DNA from: Lama guanicoe
Lineage: Eukaryota
NCBI GenBank assembly: GCA_013239625.1
Contig: MU053482.1
Coordinates: 2,829,168-2,893,167 of the forward strand
DNA: 64,000 bases
Direction: 5' to 3'
Of this stretch, positions 39,166 to 51,304 are shown in pieces (within the stretch, counting starts at the first letter, position 1; each line of letters begins with the position of its first letter). Under the pieces are notes generated by a model. That model saw only the letters and a list, made by a program, of their open reading frames with translations, was not told the DNA's origin and did no database searches. The translations under genes were made by a program, and so were the position numbers.

Positions 39166-39761
39166 TAACTGTTATTCAGTAGCAGGTTTTTTCTACTATT
39201 TTTCTATACAGAGGTATGTGTTCCAGAATTTAATTAGCTTTTCCATCCCAGGCTAGGAATTCAACCATTGTTTACAACATTGTCAGTGTTCTGAAGAAGC
39301 AGCATGAATTTCAAGTAATTGACTTTTGTGGAAAATTTGTAAATTGGGGACTAACTTGAAAATACTTTGAGATGCTTATTCAATTTAGTGCTTGCATATT
39401 GGTTCAGTAAAATTAGTATTCTGGTATGTTGAAATCCAACAGAAAGTAATCTAGTCACATCAGTTAGTTTGTATATACAGTGTATGTGTGCAGTGTGTTT
39501 GAGTTCTGTATACAAATATTACTATACTGTACAAGGATCCGGTTTTTTATTCCTCTACTTATTCTAGGTTAATATAGAGTTATTGGCATTTTATCCATAC
39601 CCTTCTCCCTGATACTATTGTGAGTCTTTAAAGATACAGTTTGGGAACTATGCAAGAGTATTTCTTAAATTGACCTTATCAGTGTAAATAACATAGATGC
39701 AAGCTAAGCTAAAAAGTTTTTTTTTTGCTAGGAAATAATAATTTTTCAATTCTTTATATAG

Positions 39762-39989
39762 ATTGAATACCTGCTTAAGAAACTTACAGAAGCTATGGGA
39801 GGAGGTTGGCAGCAAGAACAATTTGAACATTATAAAATCAACTTCGATGACAGTAAGGATGGCCTTTCCGTGTGGGAACTGATTGAGCTTATCGGAAACG
39901 GACAGTTTAGCAAAGGCATGGACCAGCAAACGGTGTCCATGGCAATTAATGAAGTCTTTAATGAGCTTATATTAGATGTGTTGAAACAG
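39762..39989 (+). CDS. SWAP70: SWAP70 exon 4 (228 nt, phase 0-0; [21 protein letters not shown]...ELILDVLKQ)
   Basis: Acceptor tctttatatag, donor CAG|gtaaga; overlaps ORF 39795..40004. Confidence 0.97.
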
Positions 39990-41989
39990 GTAAGAGTCCT
40001 GTAACACTGTTTCTCCTCACCTTTAGAATTTGCCATGTTTGCAATACAGCAAGTTTTCATCACAAAGATAAGTATACATCACTTACACTTCTACGCTGAT
40101 TTAGAACAGGAATAAAGTTTCTTATTTTCTCAGTCTTGTATTAGGCTTTCATTGTAAAGAATCACTGGTGCAGTTTTGAAATGCAGTTAAGCACTGGGAA
40201 GTTACTATTTTGAAAGGACTGTTTAAATGATCACATTTCTAAACATTTTTGAAGTACTTTGGCGTCACGTATACATCCATTCTCAGTCATCTGAAAGATC
40301 CCGTGGCATGTTGTTCAGTAGAAAAAGAAGAAAACACAGGTTGTTGAGCAGCAGGTATCTTGTAATCCCCTTCATGTAAGGGGATGTGTGTGTAGAGCTG
40401 TCTGGAAGGGTGAGTGACAAAATGTTAAAAGTGATCACCTATGAATTGTGAGAGTTCCATGCATTTTATTCTTTGTTCTTTTCTTATTATTGAACTTACT
40501 ATTTTATGTGTTTATATATATTAATCTCTTTGTATATATTATATTTTTATAAAAAGCAGAAAAATATCCTTACTTTTGGGAAAAAATACCTTTATATTGC
40601 AAAGTTGCATTTATCTTATTAGATTAAAATGTTTGTCTTCTCAGCACCTGCATAGCATATGAAATACATATGGGAAGCTTCATGATTATTAAATAGAATT
40701 TATATAGTTTTAATGGATCTTTCAAATGTCTTACATTATTATATTGAATCATAACTCCAATTTGGGATTTCCTAACTTTGGTCCTTTCTTTGCTCCATTA
40801 GGTGATATTGTTGTTTTTGCTCTATTCTCCAAACGCAGCCCATTGATAAATTTTAATTGAGGCTTGATTTGTGTAGGTTTTTGGTGTCACAAAGAGGTAT
40901 GAGACATGGTCTTTTACTGAAGACGATTTCTAGGCCCATTAGGATGGCAGAGTATAGAACTACAGATGAATTTCAGTATGAGATGGCTTTGGCTTAAACG
41001 TGCAAAGATTAGGCAACTGAACAAGTAATATGATTAGAACTTAGTATAACAATCAAAAGATTCAGCCAAGTTATTGTCGTATGTTTAACGATATGTATAG
41101 TCTATCACAGGCTATGAGCACCTGTAGGTTTAATATTTGAAATGTCAGCTGCTCTTGAACAATCCTGAAGGGCATTGGCTTACAATAATGTGTAGTTTGT
41201 TGGAGTAAACTTTTGAGTCACACATCATTGAGGCCGGTATGTGGGAAGGAAGTACAGGGCTAATAAGTGTGAGTGTAGAAGCTGTACTTAGAAGGCAGTA
41301 TCCCAACTACTAGTCCAGTTCTTTTTCTGTTCCCTTGAGGCAGAGTTCATCCTCCAGAATCGTGAGAGGTCAAGTAGAGAGGGTGGTGCCAGAGGGTGTT
41401 TGGTTGAGAAGATATTCTTAGCCACGTTGATACCTTTTAGCATTTTCATTGATGGGGCTCTAGATTTACTGAGAATCATTTTGTTTGTGTGTGTGTTTTA
41501 AAGGGAGCAGACAGAATAGCATAATGAACTCCCTCCCTGATCGAATCACCAACACATGGTCAATTCTCCTCACCTACTTTACCTCTCCATTATCTTGACA
41601 CAAATCCAGACATTTCATTTTATCTATAAATATTTCAGTAGGTATCCCTAAAAGATAAGGAATTAAAAAAAAAAACCCCACAATGCTGTTAACATCAGGA
41701 GACCTAAGTCTCTTATCTGCATATAACTTGGAGGGGGCAGGGGACATCTTTGAGTGTCTAAAATTCTGTGTAAATTTTACCTGCATGTGCTTGCATGAAC
41801 TTGACTGGGTACAGTGCCCTGACTTCATAGGTCCTCAAAGGCTCATGATCCACAAAGGGCAAGAACCATTGATATTCATGTGTTCAAGACCATGCATACA
41901 TAATGGAGTAGGCAAGAATATCAAGGAAGAGATAATCAGCTCTTATAAATAGAAGGATGGGCATTTATATTAGATTTGATCTTTCATAG

Positions 41990-42136
41990 GGTTACATGAT
42001 GAAAAAAGGCCATAGACGGAAAAACTGGACTGAACGCTGGTTTGTACTAAAACCCAGCATAATCTCTTACTATGTGAGTGAGGATCTGAAAGATAAGAAA
42101 GGAGACATTCTCTTGGATGAGAACTGCTGTGTAGAG
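41990..42136 (+). CDS. SWAP70: SWAP70 exon 5 (147 nt; PH domain start [22 protein letters not shown]...DENCCVE)
   Basis: Acceptor ctttcatag, donor GAG|gtaaga; canonical PH-domain beta1-beta2 basic motif. Confidence 0.97.
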
Positions 42137-43274
42137 GTAAGAGTCAACTGTTAACCTCTTTCCCGTGCTGCCCCCTGCTGTTCAAGTAGTTTATCTTCCT
42201 TCTTCTGGACTCCAGAGCCTTATAAATAATCTTAAAATTTATATTTCCAAAATAATATAGGCAATACAGTTGCCATAGTTTCTGAACCAAAAAGTAGAGG
42301 TAACTGACAAAATATTTTTCTAATGTGAATTTATTTTCTGTCTTATACTCAAGAAGAAAGTATAGGGATTAAATCTCATTCCTTAAATGATTTAAGGAAT
42401 CATTTGTTGAATAAAATAGTTATAAATAAGACAACAAAGCAAAAAAAAAATCAGTAAGACAGTGTTTGAAATCATGAATATACCATATACCTTGGCCATT
42501 TTGAGTGTAATAAATAAACCAAAAGAAGCTGTGAACATTGCTTTGAATACTTAGGGTGACTTTAGGACACTTTATTCACAGCTGCTATCCTGTAAAAAGA
42601 AGTGAAGCCCTCAAGAACATAAAATTTTGAGTTTTTAATTTATATGTGAACTATTACCATGTCTGTATTTGTTGAAGAACATTTAAAATACCTAAGATCT
42701 CATTCATAAGTGATAATGTGTTTTCACGGATGAGATGGTGTATGTTAATGTCTTAGGCTGTGCAGTTCTCAGGAAGGGGTCTTCTTAGACTCAACTATAC
42801 ATGGAGACTCATGAGATTACCATAGGTTCATACCAGTCTACTTATAAGTGTACAGGACGGGAATTGTAGCTTGCCAGCAACAGCATCCCTGGTGCAAGGA
42901 AGGGAGAGACGCATCAGGAGGGCATGGGAATCACCCTGGGTTAGAAGCCTCATATCCCATAGGAGACAACACCTATTTTAACAATTCCTTGGGTACGTCT
43001 TCCAGGGTTCTGTAAGAGACATGCTCTGGTACAAGAGTTGCTGCACTCACGAAAGCCCAAAGCATGGCCCATCAGGTGTTGCTGGCTCTCGAAGTGTAGA
43101 TGTAGTATATTAATCAGGGGTCATTTTTACCTTAAGTGATGTTGTCTAAGGGGCAACATTAAATAAATCAGTAATATTAATTTATGGGTACTTTTTGTAA
43201 AAATAATTAGGATTGAATTTAATCTAAACATTTGAAAATAAAATTTGAAAGACTAATTTTGGTTTCTGTTTTAG

Positions 43275-43383
43275 TCCTTGCCGGACAAAGATGGAAAGAA
43301 ATGCCTTTTTCTCATAAAATGTTTTGATAAGACCTTTGAAATCAGTGCTTCAGATAAGAAGAAGAAACAAGAGTGGATTCAAG
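43275..43383 (+). CDS. SWAP70: SWAP70 exon 6 (109 nt; [36 protein letters not shown])
   Basis: Acceptor tctgttttag, donor AAG|gtaaga; contains the Trp of the PH C-terminal helix. Confidence 0.97.
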
Positions 43384-44904
43384 GTAAGATCATTTGTCAT
43401 GATATAAGATGAGAGCTCTGACTTTCTGTTTTTGAATCATATTAAATATACCAAGGCTTTGTTTTCTCATTGTCTATAGTTATTTCTATGTGAAACACAG
43501 TAGCTAAAAAAAAAAACAAATTGAGAAGAGTTCCCCAAATTTTCATCAATTTTGTTTGCCTGATGAACTTATAAACTGTGGGAAAATTATAAACTGGACA
43601 CTTTAGGTTTTATTTACTCTTATTATTTAAAGACTATGGAATTTCCCCCATTTAAGGACTGTAAAGAATTTTAAAGTGGCCTTTTTGAGTACTTAGTAAT
43701 ATGTAAAACAAAAGAGGAATTATGCAATTGGTTTTGAATACTTCAAGTAATTTTCAAGAGCTGTTACTTTCACAAGTAATCACTAGTTTCAAACATTTAT
43801 CTCAAGAACACAAACTTTTGATTTCACAACTCTTAAGGTAAAGTATTACTCCAAAATTATTAAAGAATGAAATACAATTGATGAGATTTTCTTTTTAATC
43901 ATGAAAGGAGATTCTGAGTGTTATATTCTTGAACATAGGTAAAATTGTTTTATTGAACATTGTGGTCACTTTGATGTGGTTTAAGAGTTTGAGGTAAGGA
44001 TTCCTGGCTGGGTCTGAATCCTCTTTCCTGGGTCGCTGGGTTGAGTTAGGGATTCTGTAGTGGCTTTCCTCTTCTGTGGAGTGGGGCTAATTATAGTGCC
44101 TGCCTCTCAGGGTTGTTGTGAGGGTTAATAATTAGATAATGAAGACAAACTCGCACATTTTGAAAATGACACATCATTGCAGAAATGTTTGTGTTAGATT
44201 ACAAACAAATGTCCATTAATTGGGCAATGGTTAAATAGATTATGGTACAGCTACACAATAGAGAACTGTGCCGTGCTTCATGTGTGTGGACTGATATGGA
44301 AAGGTCTCCAAGGTAAATTCAGTGGACAAACCAAGACTCTGAAGAGTGCATTATGCCACCATTTGTGTCAACAGAAGGTGGAGGACATATGTACATGTTT
44401 ATTTGTACTTGCTTGAAGTATCTCAGGAGAGACGTGCAGAAACCGTTAACGTTAGTGGCCAGTGGAGTGGGGAGCTCAGTACTTGGGGACAGGAGTAGGA
44501 GGGAGACTTCATCTATGTCCTTTCATGCTTTTAAATTTGAACAGTGTGAAAGTTCTAGCTATTTAAGTAACTGAAACAAGTAGGAGAGATCAGATTTCAT
44601 ATAAAAATTAGATAATGCATGTAAAGGGTGTATATAAGCAAGTATTCAATACGTGGAAGCTGCTGTTGCCACGTCGGGAAGGAAGTGTATAGGGAGATGG
44701 TTTCATAAGGAGTAGGGAGGGGCAGGCTGAACACAGCAGGTAGCAAGTCAGATTCCAGGAACTCTGAGTCTTAGCCCTTACTATGTCTCATTCTTATTTG
44801 ACCTTTTGGGAAGTATAGAGAAGCAGGTTGAAAGCCGTGTTCTAAGTTCCTCAAATACATGCGATATTCCCAAATCAAGTATCTGTTTAAGGACAGATAG
44901 GTAG

Positions 44905-45075
44905 TTATGGAACTTGGGACCTGGAAGGGACGTTAGAGATCATCTCTCTCATCTTAGAGGTGAGAAACTGATGCTGTAAGAGGTTTTGTGATTTGCTCAT
45001 GGTCACACTGCTGCTCAGTGGCAGAAGCAGAACCTCTCCTGGGTTTCTGGTTTTCTTCCCACGATGCCATTTACA
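44905..45075 (-). mobile_element. MIR abutting the exon 7 acceptor region
   Basis: ggaagggacgttagagatcatct...gagaaactga...atttgctcatggtcacactgct. Confidence 0.55.
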
Positions 45076-45127
45076 TATTAGGCTTACAAAGAATAAATTC
45101 CCGTTTCTTCTCCTGCACCTTTCACAG

Positions 45128-45309
45128 CCATCCAGTCTACTATCCATCTGTTGAAGCTGGGCAGCCCCCCACCACACAAAGAAGCCCGCCAGCGTCGGAA
45201 AGAACTCCGAAAGAAGCTGCTGGCTGAGCAGGAGGAGCTGGAGCGACAGATGAAGGAGCTCCAGGCGGCAAATGAAAACAAGCAGCAGGAACTGGAGACC
45301 GTGAGGAAG
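45128..45309 (+). CDS. SWAP70: SWAP70 exon 7 (182 nt; [27 protein letters not shown]...ELETVRK)
   Basis: Acceptor cctttcacag, donor AAG|gtgggt; 109+182 nt restores frame. Confidence 0.96.
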
Positions 45310-46552
45310 GTGGGTGCTCGCTGGGCTAGGGCGCCTTGCGTTCCGCTGCAGCTTTGATTTCACCGAGACAGAAGAACGCAACCATTGGGGTTTTTTCTGA
45401 TGAACTGTGCTCGCAGCAAGTGCATCTAGACCATGGAGTGAGACGTCCTAGTTTTCCCAGCCCTTCAAAGTATGAGGGTCTCAGGGCAGCAAGGACATTT
45501 GATTGACCAGAAAAGAACATTGAGAGAACAATGAGCACAGTTGAATTTTGTCAGAGAAAGATGAGAAGTTGTATCTCCCTAAGGATGTCAACGTCACTTT
45601 TGGGTGTCTTGCTTTTCCAGTTTTACCCTTCTTGCCCCCATCTTAACTCATGAGGAACATGAGTGTTAAAATTGTGGGTTTTACATATTATTTGGAGTCA
45701 AAGATACAGTCTGGGTCAGCATCTGTTTCCATCTCAGGGCTAGGAGGTCGAGTACCTCAGGCCGTGTGGCAGAGTTGACAATCATTGGGAAACCTTGCTC
45801 CTTGGTGTGTTCATCACGGTTCGGGGGTGGTGCTCAGGCTGCAGTGTGTGGACGTGGTTTTTATTTGAGGTGCCTCTGGGTTGTGCCCGTCTATCTTGAA
45901 TCAGTGGTCACCTGCTAACCACAAGCTCATCCTTTTGTGTCCTCCTGTGCAGCACCTTTGCCCTGGGATGTGGGAGTTGCCCATAGTTTAAGGCCCCCAC
46001 ATTCCTGGTCGGGTTCTCCCTTTGCAGCCCCTGGAAATGTCACACTCTGTGCTGACTTCCTCTGAGTAGACTCACGAGTAAAGACTTTTCTAGTACTTTT
46101 ATAATCTTACGAACCAGATGGGCGTACAATCTTAGAAATAGTTGTTCCTGTCCAGCACACCTGCATTCTAAAAGCAGCTCCCCAGGTCCTGTGCCCTTCC
46201 CCCTGAATCTCTCTTGCATCTTGCTTCTTCCTGCTGCCATGCATTTTCTGTGAAACTCCCTGAGTAGGCCAGGATGAGCACCGCTTCCTCCATTCATTCT
46301 GTGCACAGCAGAAGCAGGGATCTGGGCTTAGTGTCCTTCTTTGTAATTTTAAAAAATTATGAAAAAAGTCAAACATACAGAAGAGAGTGTTAAATTTGTA
46401 TATATGAATAATCATAAAGTGAAGACCCCTGAAACTACTTACCCAGGTTAAATGGAATATTGCCAGTATTTCAGAAGCTCTACTATCCTTTCCTTCTTTG
46501 TAATTAAAAAAAAGAAAACCAGTAAGATTCATGGTTCATGTATATAAAATGT

Positions 46553-47428
46553 TTGTGGGACCAGTTCCAGAGTGGGTAGGGGAGGGAGTTCCCCAGATGT
46601 ACAGTCAGCAGCGCTCAGACACTAGCAGGGTGTGTGAGAGTTCAGCTGAGCTTTGACACTGTCTGCCAGCAGATGACATCAGGTTCCACAGGGTTCAGCC
46701 CCACAAGACTGGACACCCGTTACCCCCCAGCCCCCACCTCAGGTGCCAGTCCCACGCCCAGGTTGTGACCTGTGCTTCTGACTGACAGAGTGGAGGTTCT
46801 CCTCCTTGGACTTCAGATGCCAGTTGCAAGTCCAGGTTGTTACCTTCACTTCTGAGCAACTGGCTATAAATCAGAGGTTTTTACAACTCTCCTCCTCAAG
46901 TTCGATTAATTTGCTTAGAGTGGCTCACAGAATTCAGACACACTTTACTTACTAGTCACTGATTTCTTATAAAAGGATACAACTCAGGGACGGCCAGATG
47001 GGAGAGATGCGTAGGGCAAGGTGTGGGGAAAGGGCATGGAGCTTTTATGCCCTCTCCAGGCGCATCACTCTCCCCAAATCTCCATGTGTTCACCAACCTG
47101 GAAGCTCTGTGAACCCTGTGCCTTTGGGTTTTTATGGAGGAGTCATTGCATAGGCATGATTGATTAAATCTTTAGCACTGGTGATTGACTCATCCTCCAG
47201 CCCCAGAGGTCAGAGGGTAGGACTGAAAATTCCAACTCTCTAATCACATGGTTGGCTCCATTGGAACCAGCCCCATCCATAGGTGCTTTCTAGAAGTCAC
47301 TTCATTATCACTCTCAACACTTAGGAAATTACAAAGGTTTGAGGAGACCTGTGCCAGAAACTGATACACATATTTCAGTTCACAAGAGTGAATATATGTA
47401 TTACTTACTGTAAGTCGCAGTATCATGG
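46553..47428. mobile_element. MER21-like ERV solo LTR
   Basis: cagacactagcagggtgt...ccccacaagactg...cttcagatgccagttgcaagtccaggttgttacc...ccaactctctaatcacatggttgg. Confidence 0.65.
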
Positions 47429-47459
47429 TATAGTTTTATGAGTTTTTACAAGTGCTGAG

Positions 47460-48100
47460 ATTCTTGAAACCATCACAGAACAATTCCAGTACCTGGAAGA
47501 ATTCCTTCATGCTGCCCCTTGTGTTTAGACTCTTCCCTTACTCCTGACCCCTGGAAACCGCTGATGTGTTTTCTGTCCCTACATTTTTGCCTTTTCCAAA
47601 TTGTCATATAAATAGAATACAGTATGTAAGTTTTTCTCAGATATATACCTGGAGTGGAATTGCTGGGCCATGTGGTAGTTCTGTTTTTACTATTTTGAGG
47701 AACCTCCATACTGTTTTCCACAGTGATGGCACCAACTTAACATTCCCGACAATAGTGTATCAGGGTTTGGGTTGTTTGTTTTTTGGTGTTGAGTTGTGTG
47801 AGCTGTTTACAAATGTTGGATATTAATCCTTTATCAATTATATCATTTGCAAATATTTTCTCCCATTCTGTAGGTTGTCTTTTTGTTTTGTCAGTGGTTT
47901 CCTTTGCTGTGCAAAAAGCCTTTAAGTTTAATTAGGTCCAGTTATTTTTGCTTTTATTTCATTTGGGAGGTGGATCAAAGAAATGTTGCAGCAATTTACA
48001 GCAAAGAGTGTTCTGCCTGTGTTTTCCTCTAGGAGTTTTATGGTGTCCAGTCTTACATTCAGGTCTTTAATCCATTGTGAGTTTATTTTTGTTTATGGCA
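47460..48100 (-). mobile_element. L1 3'/ORF2 fragments
   Basis: gaggaacctccatactgttttccacagtg...tttgcaaatattttctcccattctgtaggttgtct. Confidence 0.75.
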
Positions 48101-48382
48101 GCAGGGCTGTTTGGCCGTCTCGTCTCTCGTCTTCCTGGTAAGCCGGCTGCCCCTGTTGGTATGACATCCACTTGTTCATCTCACACTGACTGCTCTACCG
48201 GCTGCAGCAGTGCCCTGGGGCCTAACTTGCCCCACAATCTGATATTTAAATTCAGACCCACATGTAGTCCTGGAGGCCTGTCTTTGAGACTTACTCCTAC
48301 TACATCGCGGCTCTTCTTCGCTGTCTTCTCCTGGTTTCTTCTGTCGGACTTCTAGCTGGCCTGTGGTTTAGTCTGCTGGTCT

Positions 48383-48850
48383 TGTCAACTGAAAAACAAA
48401 AAACAAAAAACAAACAAAAAACCGCAAAACCTTAAAGTTGAGAGTTATGTTTTATTTGGGAACCTTGCTGAGGGACTGCAGCCCAGGAGGGAGCCTTTCA
48501 GCTCTGAGGAACTAATCTTCAAAACCTTAACCTTCAAAGAGGTAAGGGAAGAGCCAGGTTGTTTAGGAGTTTTTGCTGGGGGAGAAAAGAACCATGTAGT
48601 TACTGCTAATCACAAAAACCAGATATCTCAAGTGAATGATTTTAGTGCTTTTCTATATATGGGAAGACACAAGTCTGGGCTGATTAAGATTATTTCTTAG
48701 ATGTGCATCTTAATTATCTAGGGCCAGTATTGTTTTTCTCCATCCTGAATTCCCCTCAGGGCACACATAGGGCAGCGGCAGTGGCTGATGGCTTGATGGT
48801 GGCAAAATCCTTTGTTTACTTAAGTGGCAGGGAACTTTTTCTCTTTGTCT
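48383..48850 (-). mobile_element. MER41-like (cetartiodactyl ERV1) solo LTR
   Basis: tgtcaactgaaaaa...aaagttgagagttatgttttatttgg...gatatctcaagt...tagtgcttttctat..atgggaaga...ggctgatggcttgatgg. Confidence 0.65.
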
Positions 48851-49531
48851 CTAACGTAGCCCTAGACTGGGCGCTGCAGAGAGAGGGAGTCCGGTGTTCT
48901 TGGTTCCATGGCCGTGGGATAGAGCCTCCTTCTCACTGCCACTGGGGGTGTAGAGAAGGGCCTGCACCACGGCTCAGATGCCACAGACTTTCCCATAGAT
49001 GTCCTTGCTGAGATTTAGTTGGTTTCCTTGTATAAATGTTCTCCGTTTGCTGTATGCTTTTAGGATAATTCCAAGAGATTTTAAATAGTTGTTTTTGTTT
49101 TTTTTCTAATTATTGTTTCTCTGGGGAAAGTGTCCATGGAGTTCCTCATGCCCCGCTTTGGGAAGCTGAGTTCTGGTGAAAGTTTTAAGGAGTAATGTTA
49201 AGATGATGAAACTGTATAGGACGAGCTCAGAAAATAGATTCAAACCTCACAAATGCATTTGCAAGTGAATTTAACTAATGACTATACTAAAATTTTCTTT
49301 GCAGAATGTTGTTCAGACTTACTAAGATCCATTCATTTACCTAACTAGTTTTGTATATTGACTGCGTAAATTGTTGGAATGGAATCCCAGTGGATCTATA
49401 TGTTTTTCTTCTGTCTTTATTGAACATCGAGAATGTTTGGCTTCTCCACTGTGTTTAAATGTAACCATTTCTCTCCAAATGCACTTCCACTGTAACATTT
49501 CCTGCTTTTCTGTGGATGGGTTTTGGGGCAG

Positions 49532-49639
49532 AAACTGGAAGAAGCAGCATCTCGGGCAGCAGAAGAAGAAAAGAAGCGCCTTCAGACTCAAGTGGAGCTG
49601 CAGGCCAGGTTCAGCACAGAGCTGGAGCGGGAGAAGCTT
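49532..49639 (+). CDS. SWAP70: SWAP70 exon 8 (108 nt, phase 0-0; [36 protein letters not shown])
   Basis: Acceptor ttttggggcag, donor CTT|gtgagt; coiled-coil sequence matches SWAP70. Confidence 0.95.
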
Positions 49640-51137
49640 GTGAGTACCGCTGGCCTGGGGACAGGCTGCCACAACTCGTAACTCCCAGCGCCAGCCTGGG
49701 TTAGCAGAGGGGCGAGGACGGGTGGTAGAAGGGTGAGGACCCAGGAGGCTGGAGTGAGGCCGTCTTGCCAGCTTGGCTCTGCTGCTGCCTTGCATCGGGC
49801 CATTGGGGAAGTTACGTGTTTGTTATTCATTCAATATCGGTTTATTCAGCACCTTCTGTGTGCCAGGCACTGTGCCAGGGATGTAAAGGGAAACCTTGCC
49901 CTCAAGACCCCAAAGGAGAAATGTATGGAATGAGGTGACAAGTACTGTGGATGGGATGACTCTATGTCTTAGTTTGCCTGGGGCAGCCTCTCCCATCCTG
50001 GTATAATTATTAAAGTGAGGGGTTTCTCAAGTCACGAGAACACGTGAATGCTGGTCTGCTGCTCTGGGCCGCTCTGACTCATCTTAAGGCTTCCATCCCC
50101 CAGAGACCCAAGATCCAGGTTGCCTCAGGTAGTGAGCTGGTTGATTGGAACACAGGTCTCCTCACGTTGAGTTACAGTGCGTGGGAGAGCCCAGGGCCTA
50201 TTAAATAGGTGCTGTGACGTTTCCTGTAGCAACTTTTTGTTGCTTAGACTTGAAGTAGACGCTTTGTGCTGGGAGAGGAAGGCACATGTGGTCTGAGAGG
50301 GGGCTGCACTCACAGCCAGAAGATCTGGGTTCCTGTCCTCTCTGCTCCTTCTTATGAGCGTTAGTTTCTCTTCTTCAAATTAGGGGGCTAGTCACATGAT
50401 CTCTCAGGACCCTAATGGGGATGAGGTAAGCTAATGGAAGTGAGAATACCTTGTAAACTGCAGAGGGATATGCTAATGTGTACCATATTGTATTTAGGGT
50501 GTCCTTGTCTTTTAACTTTTAAGGCGGAGATTCAGAACTCTTTAATCCAGAAGGGAGAAACCATAAACTTGTTAGAACACTAGTTAACTGCATGAGGTCT
50601 CGCAGAGCTGAAGGTGCCCTACAGGGAGGGAGAGAGGAGGGGTGCTAGGCAGCCAGGTAAGTGCAGGAGGGCTCACTGCAGAGCAGCCTTTCTTCTTCTC
50701 TTTATTTCAACCCTTTGGCCACTCTGTGTGGGAATACGTTCATTCCTTTTAGAGAAGACTCTATTGGTAAAGAGGTTGTGGCTTTAACAAAGAAAGGGGT
50801 TTAAAGAGAAATTATACAGGGGAATATTTTTTTCTTGAGTTTGAAATGTGGAGTGAAAGGGATGAGAAGTCTACCAGGGCAGGAGAGCGGCGCTGGGGCT
50901 GTAGTCGGCGTGACTGGGCCCTTTGGTTGTGGTCTTGGAGTTGGTGTTGGTGCTGGGAGTGGTGCTCTCACTTCCTCCGTCTTCAGGGAGCAAAGGACGG
51001 GGCCCTGCAGCCCTGACGGGCTGCAGCTGTGGGCTGTGAGCTGTGGCTTTGCTCAGGATGGTGGTGGAGCAGCGGGAGGCTTTTCCGGGGGGTGAAGTCA
51101 ATCTGAGTTTAAACATGACCCTTTTACATACCATCAG

Positions 51138-51304
51138 ATCAGGCAGCAGATGGAAGAACAGGTTGCCCAAAAGTCCTCTGAACTGGAACAGTATTTGCAG
51201 CGGGTCCGGGAGCTGGAAGACATGTACCTAAAGCTGCAGGAGGCTCTTGAAGACGAGAGACAGGCCCGACAAGATGAAGAGACTGTGCGGAAGCTTCAGG
51301 CCAG
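51138..51304 (+). CDS. SWAP70: SWAP70 exon 9 (167 nt; [19 protein letters not shown]...VRKLQAR)
   Basis: Acceptor cataccatcag, donor CAG|gtgcca; overlaps ORF 51150..51365. Confidence 0.95.

Noticed and set aside
44905..45381. 158-aa minus-strand ORF (similarly 49337-49795 and 56186-56428)
   Set aside because: Antisense shadows of Glu/Gln-rich SWAP70 coiled-coil exons
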